Assembly (NCBI RefSeq): GCF_000002075.1
Contig: NW_004797285.1
Location: forward strand, 239,862 to 303,861
Origin: Aplysia californica
Taxonomy: Eukaryota
DNA: 64,000 bases
Direction: 5' to 3'
Below the pieces are notes generated by a model, which worked only from the letters and a program-made list of their open reading frames with translations, did not search any database and was not told the origin of the DNA. Every line of letters starts with the position of its first letter. Within the stretch, counting starts at the first letter, position 1. The translations under genes were made by a program, and so were the position numbers. Below, one piece after another: positions 48,395 through 62,200 of the stretch.

Positions 48395-49100
48395 TAAAAG
48401 GAAAGATTTGTATTGTAAGGAGAATTTCTTACTGAGTCCAGAGCCATGTCAACAATGACGACAGTGGCCTCCTCAGAGAAAATGGAGACTTCGGGATGGA
48501 GTGTCCTCTGGTGTGTACTGTTTGGGGATATGGCAGCGGCCCCCCGCCCCCTCAACAGAGTCCGATTTGGAGCCATCTGTGAAGATTAGCTCCGCACCGG
48601 GATATTTTTCAATAATTTTTTTTTAGTATTCTGCTTTAAATGTTTTGGTGTTTGTGGTTGCTTTGGTGTGTGTGGTCAGCTGTAAGTTAAGTCTACTTTT
48701 GCCTTGGCGAGGTACCATGGAGGGAGTTCGGGGAAAAAAAAATGTTGGATGTCTTGTTTGGAAAAGTGTATGTTTTTTTGTTGTTGAGGTCCTCAAGCCC
48801 CAAGGACTCTGAGGCCGAAGGGTTGGGTAAGTTTTTCGTTGGTTTTGAATTTGTTTATGGTGTCTGGCTTTGTTATGAAAATACAGTCGTGTGCTGGGTT
48901 CTCTGGTGCTGAACTTTGCTTAAAATAATTGCGTATTGTAGCGAGATCTGTGTACGTTTGAGTGTGGATGATGGTGTGTTTGCCTCGGCCTGGAGACTCT
49001 CCACTGGAGAAGTGCGGAAAGTCCCCAGGGCGAGGCGGAGTCCTTGGTTTTGTACTGGGTCTAGCATTTTCAGGACGTGGGGTTTTCCCGATCCATAGAC
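48395..49100 (-). mobile_element. I/Nimb-clade LINE fragment (post-RT region plus RNase H)
   Basis: LDPVQNQGLRLALGTFRTSPVESLQAEA, then IFTDGSK and SIFSEEA...ALD; frameshifted. Confidence 0.85.
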
Positions 49101-51015
49101 CTGACAGCGATCATTTTTCAGTCGTCTGAGTTCGAGACATTTGTCAAAAGGGATAGCCTACATGACTACTTCTACGTAAAAATAATTCGAGTGAGGAAAA
49201 GCACCTCAACACGACAACCATTGTTCAGTGCTGGTAAAAAGCAAGACAGACTGACAGAATCAAAAGAGGGAAAGTAAAGAAGTAGAACAAGCCCTCCCCT
49301 AACTACCTGCAAATCTAAGACTGAGTGTGAAAAGGCCTCGGCTCGGTACAGTACCGTACAAAAGCATCAGAAAATTAAAAAGAAAACCTAAGCTGACAAT
49401 GAAATAACAATACTGCATACAGTGTAAATAGCATCAAACAATTTTTATTGCACATCGACAACAATTCAGTCATAATAAATAATAATATAACATTAGTAAC
49501 AATTAATTGTAACCCCAAATCCAGGTATTATTAGCACAACAATAATGGTCATACATTTCAAAGAGGGTTCTTTCTCTCAGTTAAAACCATAATTACCAGT
49601 ACCTGCAATATCTGTCACCACAGAATCAGTACTGTCTAGTCTAAAGTAAAAGCATAAAAGCAATCAAAATTACAGTACAGACCCACTCTTCATGATCATA
49701 CAAAAGTATGTTATACAGTGGAGTCAACTTAAGGCAATCCACATGAAAGACACCAGAGCATAATATTAATACTGATGCTGTCATTGTTAAAAATATATTG
49801 TATATGCAATTTTCACAATTTTACAAGAGAGCCAAAAAACCGAATGTCGTTACCAAAAAAACTCAACAAACTCTTTGCAAACATTTTTAGAATACAAATT
49901 TGATTATAATTATAATCACTTCCTTATTATTTTTAAAGCAAATGTTTTCCTGGAAACAACATTCAGTTACATACTTGGCTCTCCTGTCAAATTGTAAAAA
50001 CCGCATAAACACAGTATTCGCACACATTTACACTTAACACTGCCATCTACCAACTGTTAGAGTGGAACACTCATTATTAAACTAAAGTAAATTTGCCCAG
50101 CTTTACCGCGAGCGATTTGGCTGCCACGAGTACACACGACACACACACTGTGGCTGCTTCACTTCATTATCTCTTTCAGACACACGTCTCTGCAAGCTTG
50201 GCCTATTTCTAGGCGCTAACCAATTTTTTCTTGATTTACGTTGATTATGAATTGCTGTCAGATTCATTGAAACAAAAGTCAATGATGATAGAATTACATG
50301 AAATTTTCAAGATATATTCAGAAATAAACGTACTTTATAGAAAAACCTCTTTTGCGACACATAGATATCATGATAAAACTCCCATTCTGAATGTCTAGAT
50401 CTAGAATAGCGATCAGGGAACGCTCAAGCCATGGTAGAGCAAAAAATGTAAAAAAAAACAACCCTTCACAGCTGAAGAAATGCGCTTTAAAAATTCAAAG
50501 CGCTACATCAACGATTCAGCTATCACATGGAGTGATTTCCCTTGATATTTACTTCCGTGGAGAAGTTCCCTTCGTTGTTTAGTGTGCCTGGTCGAGTCGG
50601 CCAGTGGTACTGAGCGGAGATTACAGGCCGGCGACGTTGTAAACGGTACTGGAAGTGTTAAATAAGTGGTTTCAGCTGCATAAATGTTTTAATAAATAAA
50701 ATTCTTGAGAGACATTTTTACCCCTGGTACTAAGCACAAGTTTGAAACATTTGTCTTTACTAAATAGTGCTCTTTTTACCCTTTTAAAAATTTAATAGAA
50801 AAGATGTGCCAACACCATGATTACGGGTCTGTAGCCACTATGCTGGCACGAGTGCTCAAAAGAAGAAAGGTGGAGGGGGGGGGGGCTGGATAAACAAAGG
50901 GAGTGTTACCAGAGACAGAAACAGAGGCACCACAGCCACGAACGAGAAGAGCTGGGGCCATTATAATCCTTAATATTTTTGAGATATATGTAAATCTTCT
51001 AGAGCATACCGTACA

Positions 51016-51695
51016 CTTTTGAAATTTATGCTGGCGACAAACCCACAGACGTCGTCATGCGATTGTTGCAACCTCTCCTGGACAAAGGCTATTGGTTATA
51101 TACAGATTCGTACTACACAAGCCCAGATCTTGTTTCACGACTACTTGAGAGGAAAACAATGATCACTGGCACTGTAAAAAAAAACTGGAAGGGCCTCCCT
51201 AAGGAGTTGATGAAGCAGCCCTTGGAGAAGGGGAATCAGCCTATTGATGCAAAGGTCAATTGGTCATTCTAAAGTGGAGGGACAAGAGAGAAGTTGCACT
51301 ACTGTCAACAGGAAACTGTGACAACAGGCTATCAAACAATTTATGGCCTATATACCTCTGAATTGGCGGTCTCTGAAGTGGTGGCAAAAAGTTTTTCTTC
51401 ATCTTCTGACTCTCTCCATCACTCAGAGCTCCATTCTCCATAGGAAACTGCAAGCCTCTAAGGGCCAGCCTCAGCTGACTGCGAAAAAGTTTGTTCTGCG
51501 TCTCACCGAACAACTCACTCAGCATGTACCAGAAAGACCAGGAGGCACTCCAGGGTCTGTGTAGACACTGATAAAGCCCAACACCCTGGACAGAAGAGGC
51601 ATGAGGGCAAACACACAACACCGTGGTCCCACTTACGAAGTACCTCTCTGCCTCGAACCTTGTTTTGAAAAATACCACACTATAAAAGTGTACTG
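51016..51695 (+). mobile_element. Degenerate piggyBac (PGBD4-like) transposase
   Basis: GYWLYTDSYYTSPDL...GTVKKNWKGLP, KWRDKREV.LLST, KWWQKVFLHLL, and C-terminal PLCLEPCFEKYHT. Confidence 0.88.
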
Positions 51696-51999
51696 GCAAT
51701 ACATTCTCCAAAAATATGCTGAAACATAGAGGTATGCTTTTCTTCTGGGTATCTAGACCTACCTAGTTTTATGTCATTATCATTGCAAATTGTTAGAGAA
51801 AAAAATGTTTGAGGGTGGGTAGTCAGTGTATACCAGCCTTTTTTTTGCCCAAAATTTGATCAATTTTTGAACGCTTGTACAAACAAACAGAAAAAAGATA
51901 ACACAAATCGGTTTGCATTTTCATACAGCTTATTATCTTATCTTAAAAAACTGAAAATTTCATCCATGTAGTTTGGGGAGAGGTCGGTAAGACAGCTAC

Positions 52000-52990
52000 G
52001 TTCGTAAAACATGATGTCTTGAAGGCCTTTAGTGGGTGAGGGGGATGTTGTTGCTTGGCTCCAGAAGGCAGAGTTGGCAGCGAAACTTACGAATATAACC
52101 GATGTGGCAAGTCTCGTTCCACTGTACTTGGAAGAGGAGGCCTTGGCAGTGTCCATGGAGATGGATAGTAGAGAACAGCAGGAGTTTGATATGATAAAGA
52201 GGCGGTCGAAGGAGGTTTTCACAGATAATGAGTTTATGACATATTGTAAGCTACGCGAATCGCGATGTACGGGGGAACCGGTGGATGTATTTGCAAATGA
52301 ACTGAGGCGGCTGGGAAAGACATGTGGGCTGGAGGGGGCCGGGCTTGATAAAGTCGGTTAAGCTGGCTTTTGTGACAGGGTTACCTTGGAGTGTGTCGGT
52401 GGAACTTCAGCAGATAGTGGGGGTTCAAACGACGATTAACATGTCTGAGCTGGTTGGGAGAGCGAGGATACTTATGGCCAACAAGGAAAGGACTCGGGTA
52501 GTGGCAAGAAGTATGGGAAAGGGTGTTTTGGGTGCGGGGGGGCCCCATTTGTAGCGGGACTGCTCAGATGATTGCTTGGATAGGAGGAAATCAGTTATCT
52601 GCTACTGTTGAGGGGACAAAGGGCACATAGCTGTTCATTGCAAATATGAGCCGAAGGGGAAGCCTAAAAGTGGGCGAGGGACGGGTGGTGGAGGTGCCTC
52701 TGGGGGCACAAGCGGGATAAGCGCTTGTGTGGAAGAGGAAATTGTAGGTGTACCCGCTATCAGTGTAACCGTTGGAGGGCAATTACGACACGCTCTGGTC
52801 GACACCGGGTGTCCGAACACGATGATTCGGGCAGGACTGGTAGACGCTTGGGAGGATGAAATTTGCACCAAAGCATTTGAAGGGAGAGTTGTGAAAGGAA
52901 AGGATGCCACTGAAGTTGAGTTAATGGTGGTAGATGGGAAGAGGGTGACGACAAAATCGAAAGTGGTAGATAGTCTGGAGGGAGATGTTG
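52000..52990 (+). mobile_element. Gypsy-type LTR retrotransposon gag-protease fragment
   Basis: Gag-like VASLVPLYLE/EPVDVFANELRRL, two broken CCHC knuckles, protease ALVDTGC; stops and frameshifts; no LTR seen. Confidence 0.85.
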
Positions 52991-53800
52991 CAGGGATGTA
53001 AATCTTCCGTCTTTTTCCAGCCGACTTGCCATTTGGGCGGGCCAACATGTGTCCGCGATCCGGCCGGCGGAAAAAAAAATCCCGAAATCCTCCGCGATTC
53101 GGCTGGCCAAAAAAAAAAAAAGCGAAATAAATGAAGTAAGAACTGGCTACCTCATTTGCGGGTCCCAGAAGCCCCGAACTGGAAGTTTACATTGGAAAAT
53201 TGAGTGCCCACTCGACGCTGGCTTAACTAGTCCGATAATGACGCTGTCACACTTGTTGCTGTGTTAGTTTTCAATTCGAGTTGGATTTATTACCATAGGA
53301 TAAAAGGTACAGTGAAAGATCAAAGTGATTGATGACAGGGAAAGCGTTCATTCATAATGGAGCAATTTTCGGTATTGGAGCGTTCCTCGAGCGCGGGTGT
53401 GAACATCGGTTCCTCCATTAAGAACAAATTTAGGCGGCAGTGGTTAGATGAAAATGATGAATCCGGCGGGCTCACGTATAATTATGAGAGGAAATTGACT
53501 GATGATGGTGTTGTGGTGTGTCTGTACTGTCAGGACAAAATCAACTACAGTTCGTCCGGGAAAAAGGCCCTTCACAAACATCCCAAAACTGCTGTGCACC
53601 ATTCCAACAAGAAAGCGCACTTGAGCAACCAGCCCCTCCCGTCTATATTCGCTGCAGCAGCCAGCAGACAAAATGGTGATCTGAATTCAAAGTCACACTC
53701 CCAAACACAGCAAATTCCGGCCCCCGACTGACCTGCTGTGCTGCAGATGTTTTTGGGCCCAGGGGTGATGAGTAATGTTGCTCATGCCAAGAGTGGTTGG
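52991..53800 (+). mobile_element. hAT-like left end with BED-type zinc-finger transposase fragment
   Basis: cagggatgtaa start truncates the Gypsy ORF; tccgcgat subterminal repeats; ORF 53357-53731 has CLYC...H....H. Right end not identified. Confidence 0.7.
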
Positions 53801-56251
53801 CATTTTGTGACATTAAAGGTGTGAAATCTACTTTCACTAGTTACAGAAGCAGCTGCTTCAACAATTTGTTTGAGAATGCCTGTGCAGTGTTATGTTATCG
53901 TTTGCACATTGTGAGTGGAATTTTTGTCTAATTTTTGTTCTCATTCTCTCATTCTGACCAGAAGTTGGTTTCTGTCCTTGCAGAGATGTTAAGGACAAAC
54001 ATGTTTTGTCAATTGTGTCAGCATTATTATCCTTCCATCACATTAGACCGTACTGGATGTTGATAAACAGCAGAAAACCGTATGGGACTTTTCCAAAATA
54101 TTATGTTCAAATGAAGGACATCGCATCAATATTGAAGCCAAGTCCAATTCAGTACGGCCAGATGATCTCCTGTCAGTGTTTTTTTTAGTTTAGTTTTAAT
54201 AGAGTTTTTACGGCCCTTGCAACTGCATAAGGTCATATGAGCGCCAAAGGGTGGATGTCAACAGAAAAGTCTTTACATGGAATCAGGCTGAACAATGGTG
54301 CTACTTTCCACATGAGTCATGGAATTTATCAAAGGGTACATAGAAGACCAAACTTAAAATAGAAAGAGGTCAAAGTGGGAAAAGAGCACACATGTGCATA
54401 TAAGTTTAACGTCCCTATCAATACTATTAGGTTGTAGAAGAGGCAGGACCTCCGAGTTTAACGTCCATCTCCGAAAGGACAGAGCCAAATGGGCCTCAAT
54501 AGTCTATCATGAAATTTTTCAAGAAGGCCACTAAGCAGTTCACTAGAGCATCCTTGTGGGTAAGGAGTAAGAATGGTATCCACTGCCTGACCCAAGCATG
54601 CATCGTAAGAGGTGACGAAAAGGGTCAACCAGAACTTTGAATGAGACGGAGGTAAGAAAAGCAATCAATTATTTCGATTTTTTTACTGTCGTAATGTTTG
54701 TCATACAAGTAGGCCTGCAAGTGTAATCTAAATCTGCTCATACCATACATAGGAAATGTGAACATTTCATCTGATTTTTAAAGCTTGCAATTTTACATTT
54801 TTGTACAAGGAAATGGTGGGTTTTTTTTTCAAATGGCGTTGCCCCTGCACCCAGGTCTTTTGGCTGACATTTCAGGGTTCAGACAATAGGTAACACTGAT
54901 TTCAGGGGCAGCCAAAATTTGCAGTGACACTATGCCCCAAAACCAAAAATCATGGACTGACTGTAGTAAAACCAGCAGTGTCTGGGGCTGCTTGTGTCTT
55001 CAATGATGGTGGTGCGACTGCCTATCTGGCATTATTTGAAGAACTAGGAATGAGCCCCGATTTATTTACACAGAAATTCTGTTAGCCGAAAGACATGGGG
55101 GAGATGATTTTGTCAAAACTGACACTCGAAATTCTTTCACGTTTAGAAATGGAAGTTTATCCATACCTTTTTAACGAAGAAATACAATCAGGGATTTTGC
55201 TTTCTTTCGGTTTATCGCTGTTTTTGAATTAACCGTGTTTGATTACAGCACACCCCACTGTATTTCCTTTTATTGGTCTGAACAAAGCTATGAATAGTAT
55301 GAACCTGCTGAAGGTTTTCTCAGAATGCAACATAACTAAATCTTGTTACAAATTGCTGGATCATTGTATACTCACAGTAGCCATGTGAAAAAAGAAGAAC
55401 ATTAAAGGCTACTTCTCATCATACTTCACTCGAAGAATGGTAGAAGTTAAAAAATAGCAGAAACAAGGCAAGCAAGAAGGTGAAACAAGTTCTTGAAAAA
55501 AAAAACCAAATGTCTAGAGCTTGAGTTTACATGACCACTTTTCGTATCGGAATGCATGAAATAGGCAATGAGAAAGCTGAACCAGCCAGCAAAAGAGTAA
55601 ACAAAATCTAAACAGGGTTGATGCAAAATAAGAAGTGTATGAGGATGTTGTGGTGGAGGAGTTTCACAAGGATGACAAAAGTAATAATTTTAGGAAACTT
55701 CCCCATCGATACAATTTTTATCATTTAAAGAGCAAGCTGCCAACCCAGGCTAAGTGGGATACAACATTCTCTCAGGCAGGCAGATGGGAGATACTCGATA
55801 AAATAAACTTTCCCGAAGGGAAACTGGATTTAAATCTTCTGGGTGCAAGAGCGATAGGCCTAACTGTTACTGTGTTACAGATGCCCCTGCCTGCTCATTG
55901 GTTTTCCATATATATCTAAAATATAGAGATCTGTAAGAGTAACGTATCTGGTTAGAGAGAGAGAAAGAGATGGAGAGAGGGAAAAACAAAGACAGAAAGT
56001 GAGAGTGAAGGAGGGAGAGAGAAAAACAAGGAGATACAAGAGACAGAGGAAGGGAGGGGGAGAGGAGGGGAGGGAGAGAGATCGAGGGGGGAGAGGGAAA
56101 CAAATCTTTGACTTGGGTGATCAATCCTCGAGAGTTCCTTGGGTCCCTGATGTCTGCTGTAGGTGGACGATGACTTCTTGAAGAGGGACAGGCACTCCAT
56201 CTGAACCTGTGGCAGAGCACACCATGGATGGTTACATAAAGCTGGGAGAGA

Positions 56252-59200
56252 CTACAACGTATAAAGTTGAAATTGTCTACGACGGCCACCCACTGCACAG
56301 ACAAGAAAATAAGTCATCTCAGACAGGTGGATGGTCATTTCATCATAATATAAAAAGTGCAAAAAGTGGGAAATGGTTATTAAGTGATTATTTTGAACAG
56401 ATGACTGTTATTTTTTTTGTAAAGTGTTTTACGGCGCTCGCAACTGCATAAGGTCATATGAGCACGCGGGACACACCTAATATTTTCAGTTGGTAGGAAA
56501 TTTTGAATTTTGCCCGGGTGGCGGCCGAAGCCTACTCTAGATGACTGTCAGTGTTAGAACAGGTTTAAATGTACAAAAAAGGAAAAGGATTTTTATTAAT
56601 TATTTATCCTATATATATGTTAAAGTAAAAAAAAGTTTAGTCTCCTTCGTCTTTTTGCTTCAGTGCCATCTTTGTGTCCCTACTCTGTTCTAATATGACG
56701 TATGCAATTAAGGCTCTGAATGATGCATACTAGGTCGAGAAGTTGGAAGTTAGGAATGGAGGATGGCACAACTTTACTTTTATTCAAGGATCTATATAGA
56801 GGTGTTTGAGTAAGCGTAAACGGAAACCTGATATAACAGGGATGGTGGGACCAGACAAAAAGTCCTGTTATATATATATGCGATCCCTGTTAAATCAGAA
56901 ATGCAAGGGAAGTAAGCATTTGTGGACTAATCCAGCTGTATTTATTCATGGGTAGTTTCCCTGGCCACAAGTTCACATGAACAGGTGTTCTGGCCATGAG
57001 GCAGGCCTGTGCATGACACATTACGCGTGCCTGTAGCTAGGCTTGGGGGCTAAATCGAAGTCTACAGCACATCGCAGCCCTCTTTGACTTCACCCGCTGC
57101 ATGTGCTGGCAGTGGTGTGGCTTGCGTGGGCTTGCTCCATCACTGACTGCGTTACTCTCTCTCTCTCTCTTACTTTTTACACACTGATGACAACCTGTTA
57201 TTGCCAAAACTTTTTAATAGAAACAAAGAGTAGGAAAAAACGGGGATTTAAAAAATCCGTTATTACTGGGCCTGTTTATATATATGGTTTCCACTGTATG
57301 TGTATGTAATGTAGTTACAAGCTGGGGGGGGGTATTACAAGATTTGACATGAGCATGTGACAAAGCACTCGTAATTTCTGCATGAGAAATGTCAATACAG
57401 GCAATTCTGAACAGAAAAAGATGGAGAGCCCTTATTGGCAGCTTATACTCAACACCAGTGTGAAAGAGATAGACGATGAAGAGAAGACCACTAAGATTTA
57501 ACCCTTTGAAATGTGTTTTGAAATCAACATAAAAGGCATTGAGCCTAAAACCCCCCCCCCCAAATATCTATAAAAATTGCCATCTAGGCGAAAAAAGGTC
57601 GGTTCTTCAATTTCATTACTTTAAAAAATTAAACACCTGATTTCCCCACGATGCCATCCAAGTACATATACAAACACTCCAATTTGACAAGAAACTCAGC
57701 CAGTAAACTGACCTTGAGCAAGTGTCTGCTCCTGACCTGGCACGTCTGGAAGTACACTGGACAGATACCCAGGGGTCACAGCGGACGGTTGCGACGTCGT
57801 CTGAAGCGGTGCGGTGCTGCTCGGAAACTCACCACTCAGCATTACCATGTTGTGAAGGGCCGGGGGCTGAACACCATGCTGTATAGGTACCAAGCTTGTG
57901 GGGACGACGGCTTCCCCCAACGTCTGCATCACTGCAGCACCCTGGGAAAGCCGAGCCACAGTGGCGACATTATTACTAACATTATTACTGTTGTTGTCAC
58001 GAGGAGGTTGCTGGACCACCGCTGCGGAGTTTTGAGCACTCATATACGAAGGGACTTGATGCTGGTATAATATCCCCGCCTGAGAGGTGTGGGTGGTTTG
58101 CAGAGGTTCTGACTCGCACACCGTAAAGGATGCGTGAGAGAGAGAGTTGGCAGAGGTCAGGGTTCGAGTCTGGGGGTGGGGCGTCTCATTAGAAGTTAGC
58201 TGTGCATTTGACAGATACACGTGCTGTGTGGCAGCGCCACTATTGTAGACAGTCAGGTTTGCGGAGGAAGACTCCCCTTCTCCTCCCTGCTCAGACTGAC
58301 TCAGCGATACCTGTCCTTCGGTAAACACATTGGAAGCACTACCTGCACCAGAGCCCACAGAGGCAGAACCCAGACACTGCTGCGCTGTCACTCCTCTCAT
58401 AGCCGTCAGCTGATTAGGTGGAGCCTGCAACACTACATTCTGATTAGTGGAGATCAGCTGCAATTCCGAACCACCCACAAAACCGTTGTGAGACAAAGAT
58501 GGCTTCATGGCCAGCTGCCCTGTGTGGTTCGACATCGTCATCTGACCTCCTTGGACAATTGTCTGGTTCATGGGCATCTGACCCTGACACAGGATCCCTT
58601 GGTTCATGGTCATTTGGCTCACATGAGACTGAGGCTGCTGTGAGAATGTAGCTGTTTGGCCTGAAATAAGAGTCGAGTTACTCCCTCGCTCCATCGGCAG
58701 TGCGATTATTTCTTGTGGTTGGCCAGAACTATCTTGAACCTGTGAAAGTTCAAAGAAAAAATAAGTTTGGGAAAAAAAAGACCCTGAACATATATATAGT
58801 TAGCACACATGCTCAATCTAGTCTAACCGCGGGACTTTTCTTGAAAAATTTTCTTGCTAAATCGCGTTGTACCGCAATTTCCTGTAAACCGATTTTAAAA
58901 ATGGTTCTAACTCCAACATTTATCACGAGACCAGTACATTTGTCAGGTCCCTTTCCCAAGGATAGCCTTAAAAGGGCAAATAATCTGTTTGCACATGTAT
59001 TCCCTTTTGAGCATTGGCAAAACCAGGCTGTAAGCAGATGTACAAGGGGAAAAGGGGGAGGGGGGGGGGTTCACATGGTTTGACAGTTGATGAAAAAAAA
59101 ACCTTCAGTCTTAAAAGACGAAAGACAAAAACAATACTGTACCCTTAACACTTTTAGTACCCTTGGTGACTTTTGTCACTGAGCCATAGTATGCGCTCAT

Positions 59201-62200
59201 TACCACTAGCGACTTTCGTCGTCAATTCGACAACAAACAGAGCCACCAAACTGAAGTAATACCAAAGGAAGTCACTCTGTGAATTTGTTCAGTGTGTTTC
59301 TTAGGCTGCGAAGGTTTTTTAAATTCTGTAAACATTTTTCCATGGCTTCAACGTTCTAAACTGGTGCGGTACTTCAGGGTTTTTCACTATATGAGCCTTC
59401 AGTACTGTAAGGGTTAAACATATTCATAGTGCACGCTTCCAATTAGACTGTTAGATGCTAACTCATATGATCGTAAGCAGTTGCAAACACTGCAGAACTC
59501 TAATCAAAATAAAAAACACAGTTAGCGCATAGCACCACTGATAAGTGTTCATATAGTCCATATAAAACATACATAATATGAGTTATTCTTAAAAGCTGAG
59601 CATGGGAAGTTGGCGGGTGCTCTCGTGTGGTTTGCCCCTTCTTTCCTATCAAACAACTATTGTCCTTATCTCTCATTCTTCTTTTTTGTGTTTGTTACTC
59701 TCTTGTAACACCTCTAATTTTTGGCACTTAAACGACCAATTGTGTTGCGAATGCCGAAAAAAGCTTACTAAAACAAAAGCTGAGCACCGCTGGAGTGTCC
59801 CTTTTCCTCCTTCTGTGAAAAACTAGACAAATTGAGTTTGTCGGAAATCCCTTTTTACAAGACACTAGTCACTAAGACAGTTTGCTCATAACAAACATAA
59901 AGTAACCCAAACCTGCAGCAGAATCTGTTGTGGGGCTGACATGTAACCTTGATTGGTTCCCATCACCTGGCCAGGATTGGGGACTGCAGCACCTGGCAGC
60001 ACGATCTGGATGTGGGTGGCAGGAGGGGGCGTTGGCTGGGCCAGGCCAAGATGCCGAATCAGTTCCTGGTGATACGAATTCAAGAGGAGTTTCATACATT
60101 ATGTATGAGAAAAAGATTCAGACCACAGAGTTAAGACGTTACCGCAGACTCCTTGACATCTCGTACAAAGACCACGTTTCAAATGCTGAAGTACGATATG
60201 AAGATCTACTGACCACAGTGAAGAGACGAAAACTAAAATGGTATGGGCATGTCACAAGATCCACAAAACTTGCCAAAACAATCCTGCAAGGAACCTTACA
60301 AGGAAAGAGAAAAAGAGGAAGGCAGAGAAGGAGATGGGAGGACAACATTACAGAATGGACAGGAAAGACGATGGGTGACAATCTGAGGAGAGCAAAAGAC
60401 AAAAATAGATGGCGAGAGCTGGTTTTCCAATGCAGTGGTGCCCCAACGGTTACCCCAACCACGGGATAGAAGAAGAAGAAGAAGAGGCATCAACTCAACC
60501 TATGTCATGATTCACGATTGCCTATTTCAATATTCTGTCCCTGCAGTTTCATGAAAAAAAAAATGAAAAAAATTATGCAAACTGAGCTCCAAAATATGAA
60601 ATTATGAGATTCTGATAATTTTTAGCAAAGAATGACAAAGGAAAATAATCAGAAATTATGCAAAAAATGATCAAATTTTGCTAAGTTATGCAGGGTGCAT
60701 AAAACCTCTGGGAGAGAATATTATACACTTTGCAGCACAGTGACTGTGTGGATAATTAATATAGACGAAGCACATTGATACAACAATCAGTATTTAGCAC
60801 AAAAAAAAAGCAAAAGCAGATTGACAGAAAAATATGTGGAGTCATAAATAAAAAAAAAAAAGATCAACTAATGGCACCCTCAAAACTACCAACTTGTACT
60901 GGTGGGCAGCTGGGTAACCCTGACTAGCCACTGAGACAACCAGCTCGGAGAGTATAATCACATTGAAGCAGGTAGGCTTCCTTATAACAAAAAGCTAGCA
61001 CCGAGACTTCACAACCGACCTGTGTAAGGGCCAGGATATCCGAGTTAGAAGCTGGAGCTCCCCCAGACACTTGAGGCACCAGCTGAAGGTTGTAGGCCGC
61101 CGGGTCTTCTCCCTTCACCTCCTGGGAACAACAACACGAGTCACACACACACAGGCGTTAGAAGTCGGACTGATTGTATGAGTGAAGGATGTCCACATCA
61201 ATGTCGAGTACAATGAAACTCTGATTCAACTAAATCTTGAATTCAATGAAAAGAGACAGATTCCCGATTTTACTTATTCTTTAAAATGAACAAATACGTC
61301 GTACACAACAAATATGTAAATGAGCAAACTCAGATTCGTTGAAGTCAGTCACACAAGTTATATGGCGATGAAAGGCTTACTGTCTACATGAATTCATTTT
61401 TACAAAACAACAAGAGATTTTTTCCAGTCTAATAACTCTGTATAATCTGCAAAAAGTTACGGACCCAAAAAAATAAAGCACCTACCTTAATCTATGACTT
61501 AAAAAGAATTTGCCTGTTTTGCTAAACCACCACACAATTAACACCAGACAACAAACCTGATGAGAAAGAAGCATGATGGACTCGCCACATGGCCCCGGCA
61601 GGAGTTCAGCAGTAGCAGCAGCAGGCTGAGATGTGTCTGTCCCTTGATGAAGGAGAAACTCAGCACTGACCACCTGTCTTGACCCAGAGATCTCACGGGT
61701 CTGCTCAGTCACACCACCTGGGACCGTCTGAGGAAGCAAAGTCGGGGTGGAATTTTGAACCTTTTGCCGTTTGGCGTTCCTCCTGCTCTTAGACGATGAG
61801 GTTTTGGTATGAGGCAATTTCGCAGAGGAAGCATTCTCTCGGAGAGAATCTGTTGAAACTGATGGCCCATTTGCTGAATTGCCTGTAGCGACATTCTGCA
61901 AACGTCTTTCCAGCCGGCGTGAAGATAACCTGTTAGAACTTTTCCCAGTGTTGGCCGAAGCATCAGTGCTTGACAGTGTGTATGAGCGATGCTCCCATGG
62001 TGGCTGGCCTTTGGTGTCAACAGAATTCAAAGACGACAATGCTGGAGCATCCAGCGACTCCTTCTTCACTTGTCCATGAGATTCAAGGATGGCAGATGAC
62101 CTCTTGACTCGACTCGGAGCAATTGGATGTGGCGTTACTCTTGTAGTAGTACATGCATGACCCATACTTCTTAATGAGTCACTCTTGTCCCGATAATGGA

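Noticed and set aside
57651-58643. Plus-strand ORFs of 139 and 140 aa
   Set aside because: Antisense shadows of the large minus-strand exon, with no motifs or splice support.
59930-60469. 179-aa plus-strand ORF as a gene
   Set aside because: A chance fusion of antisense exon sequence with an RTE LINE C-terminus.
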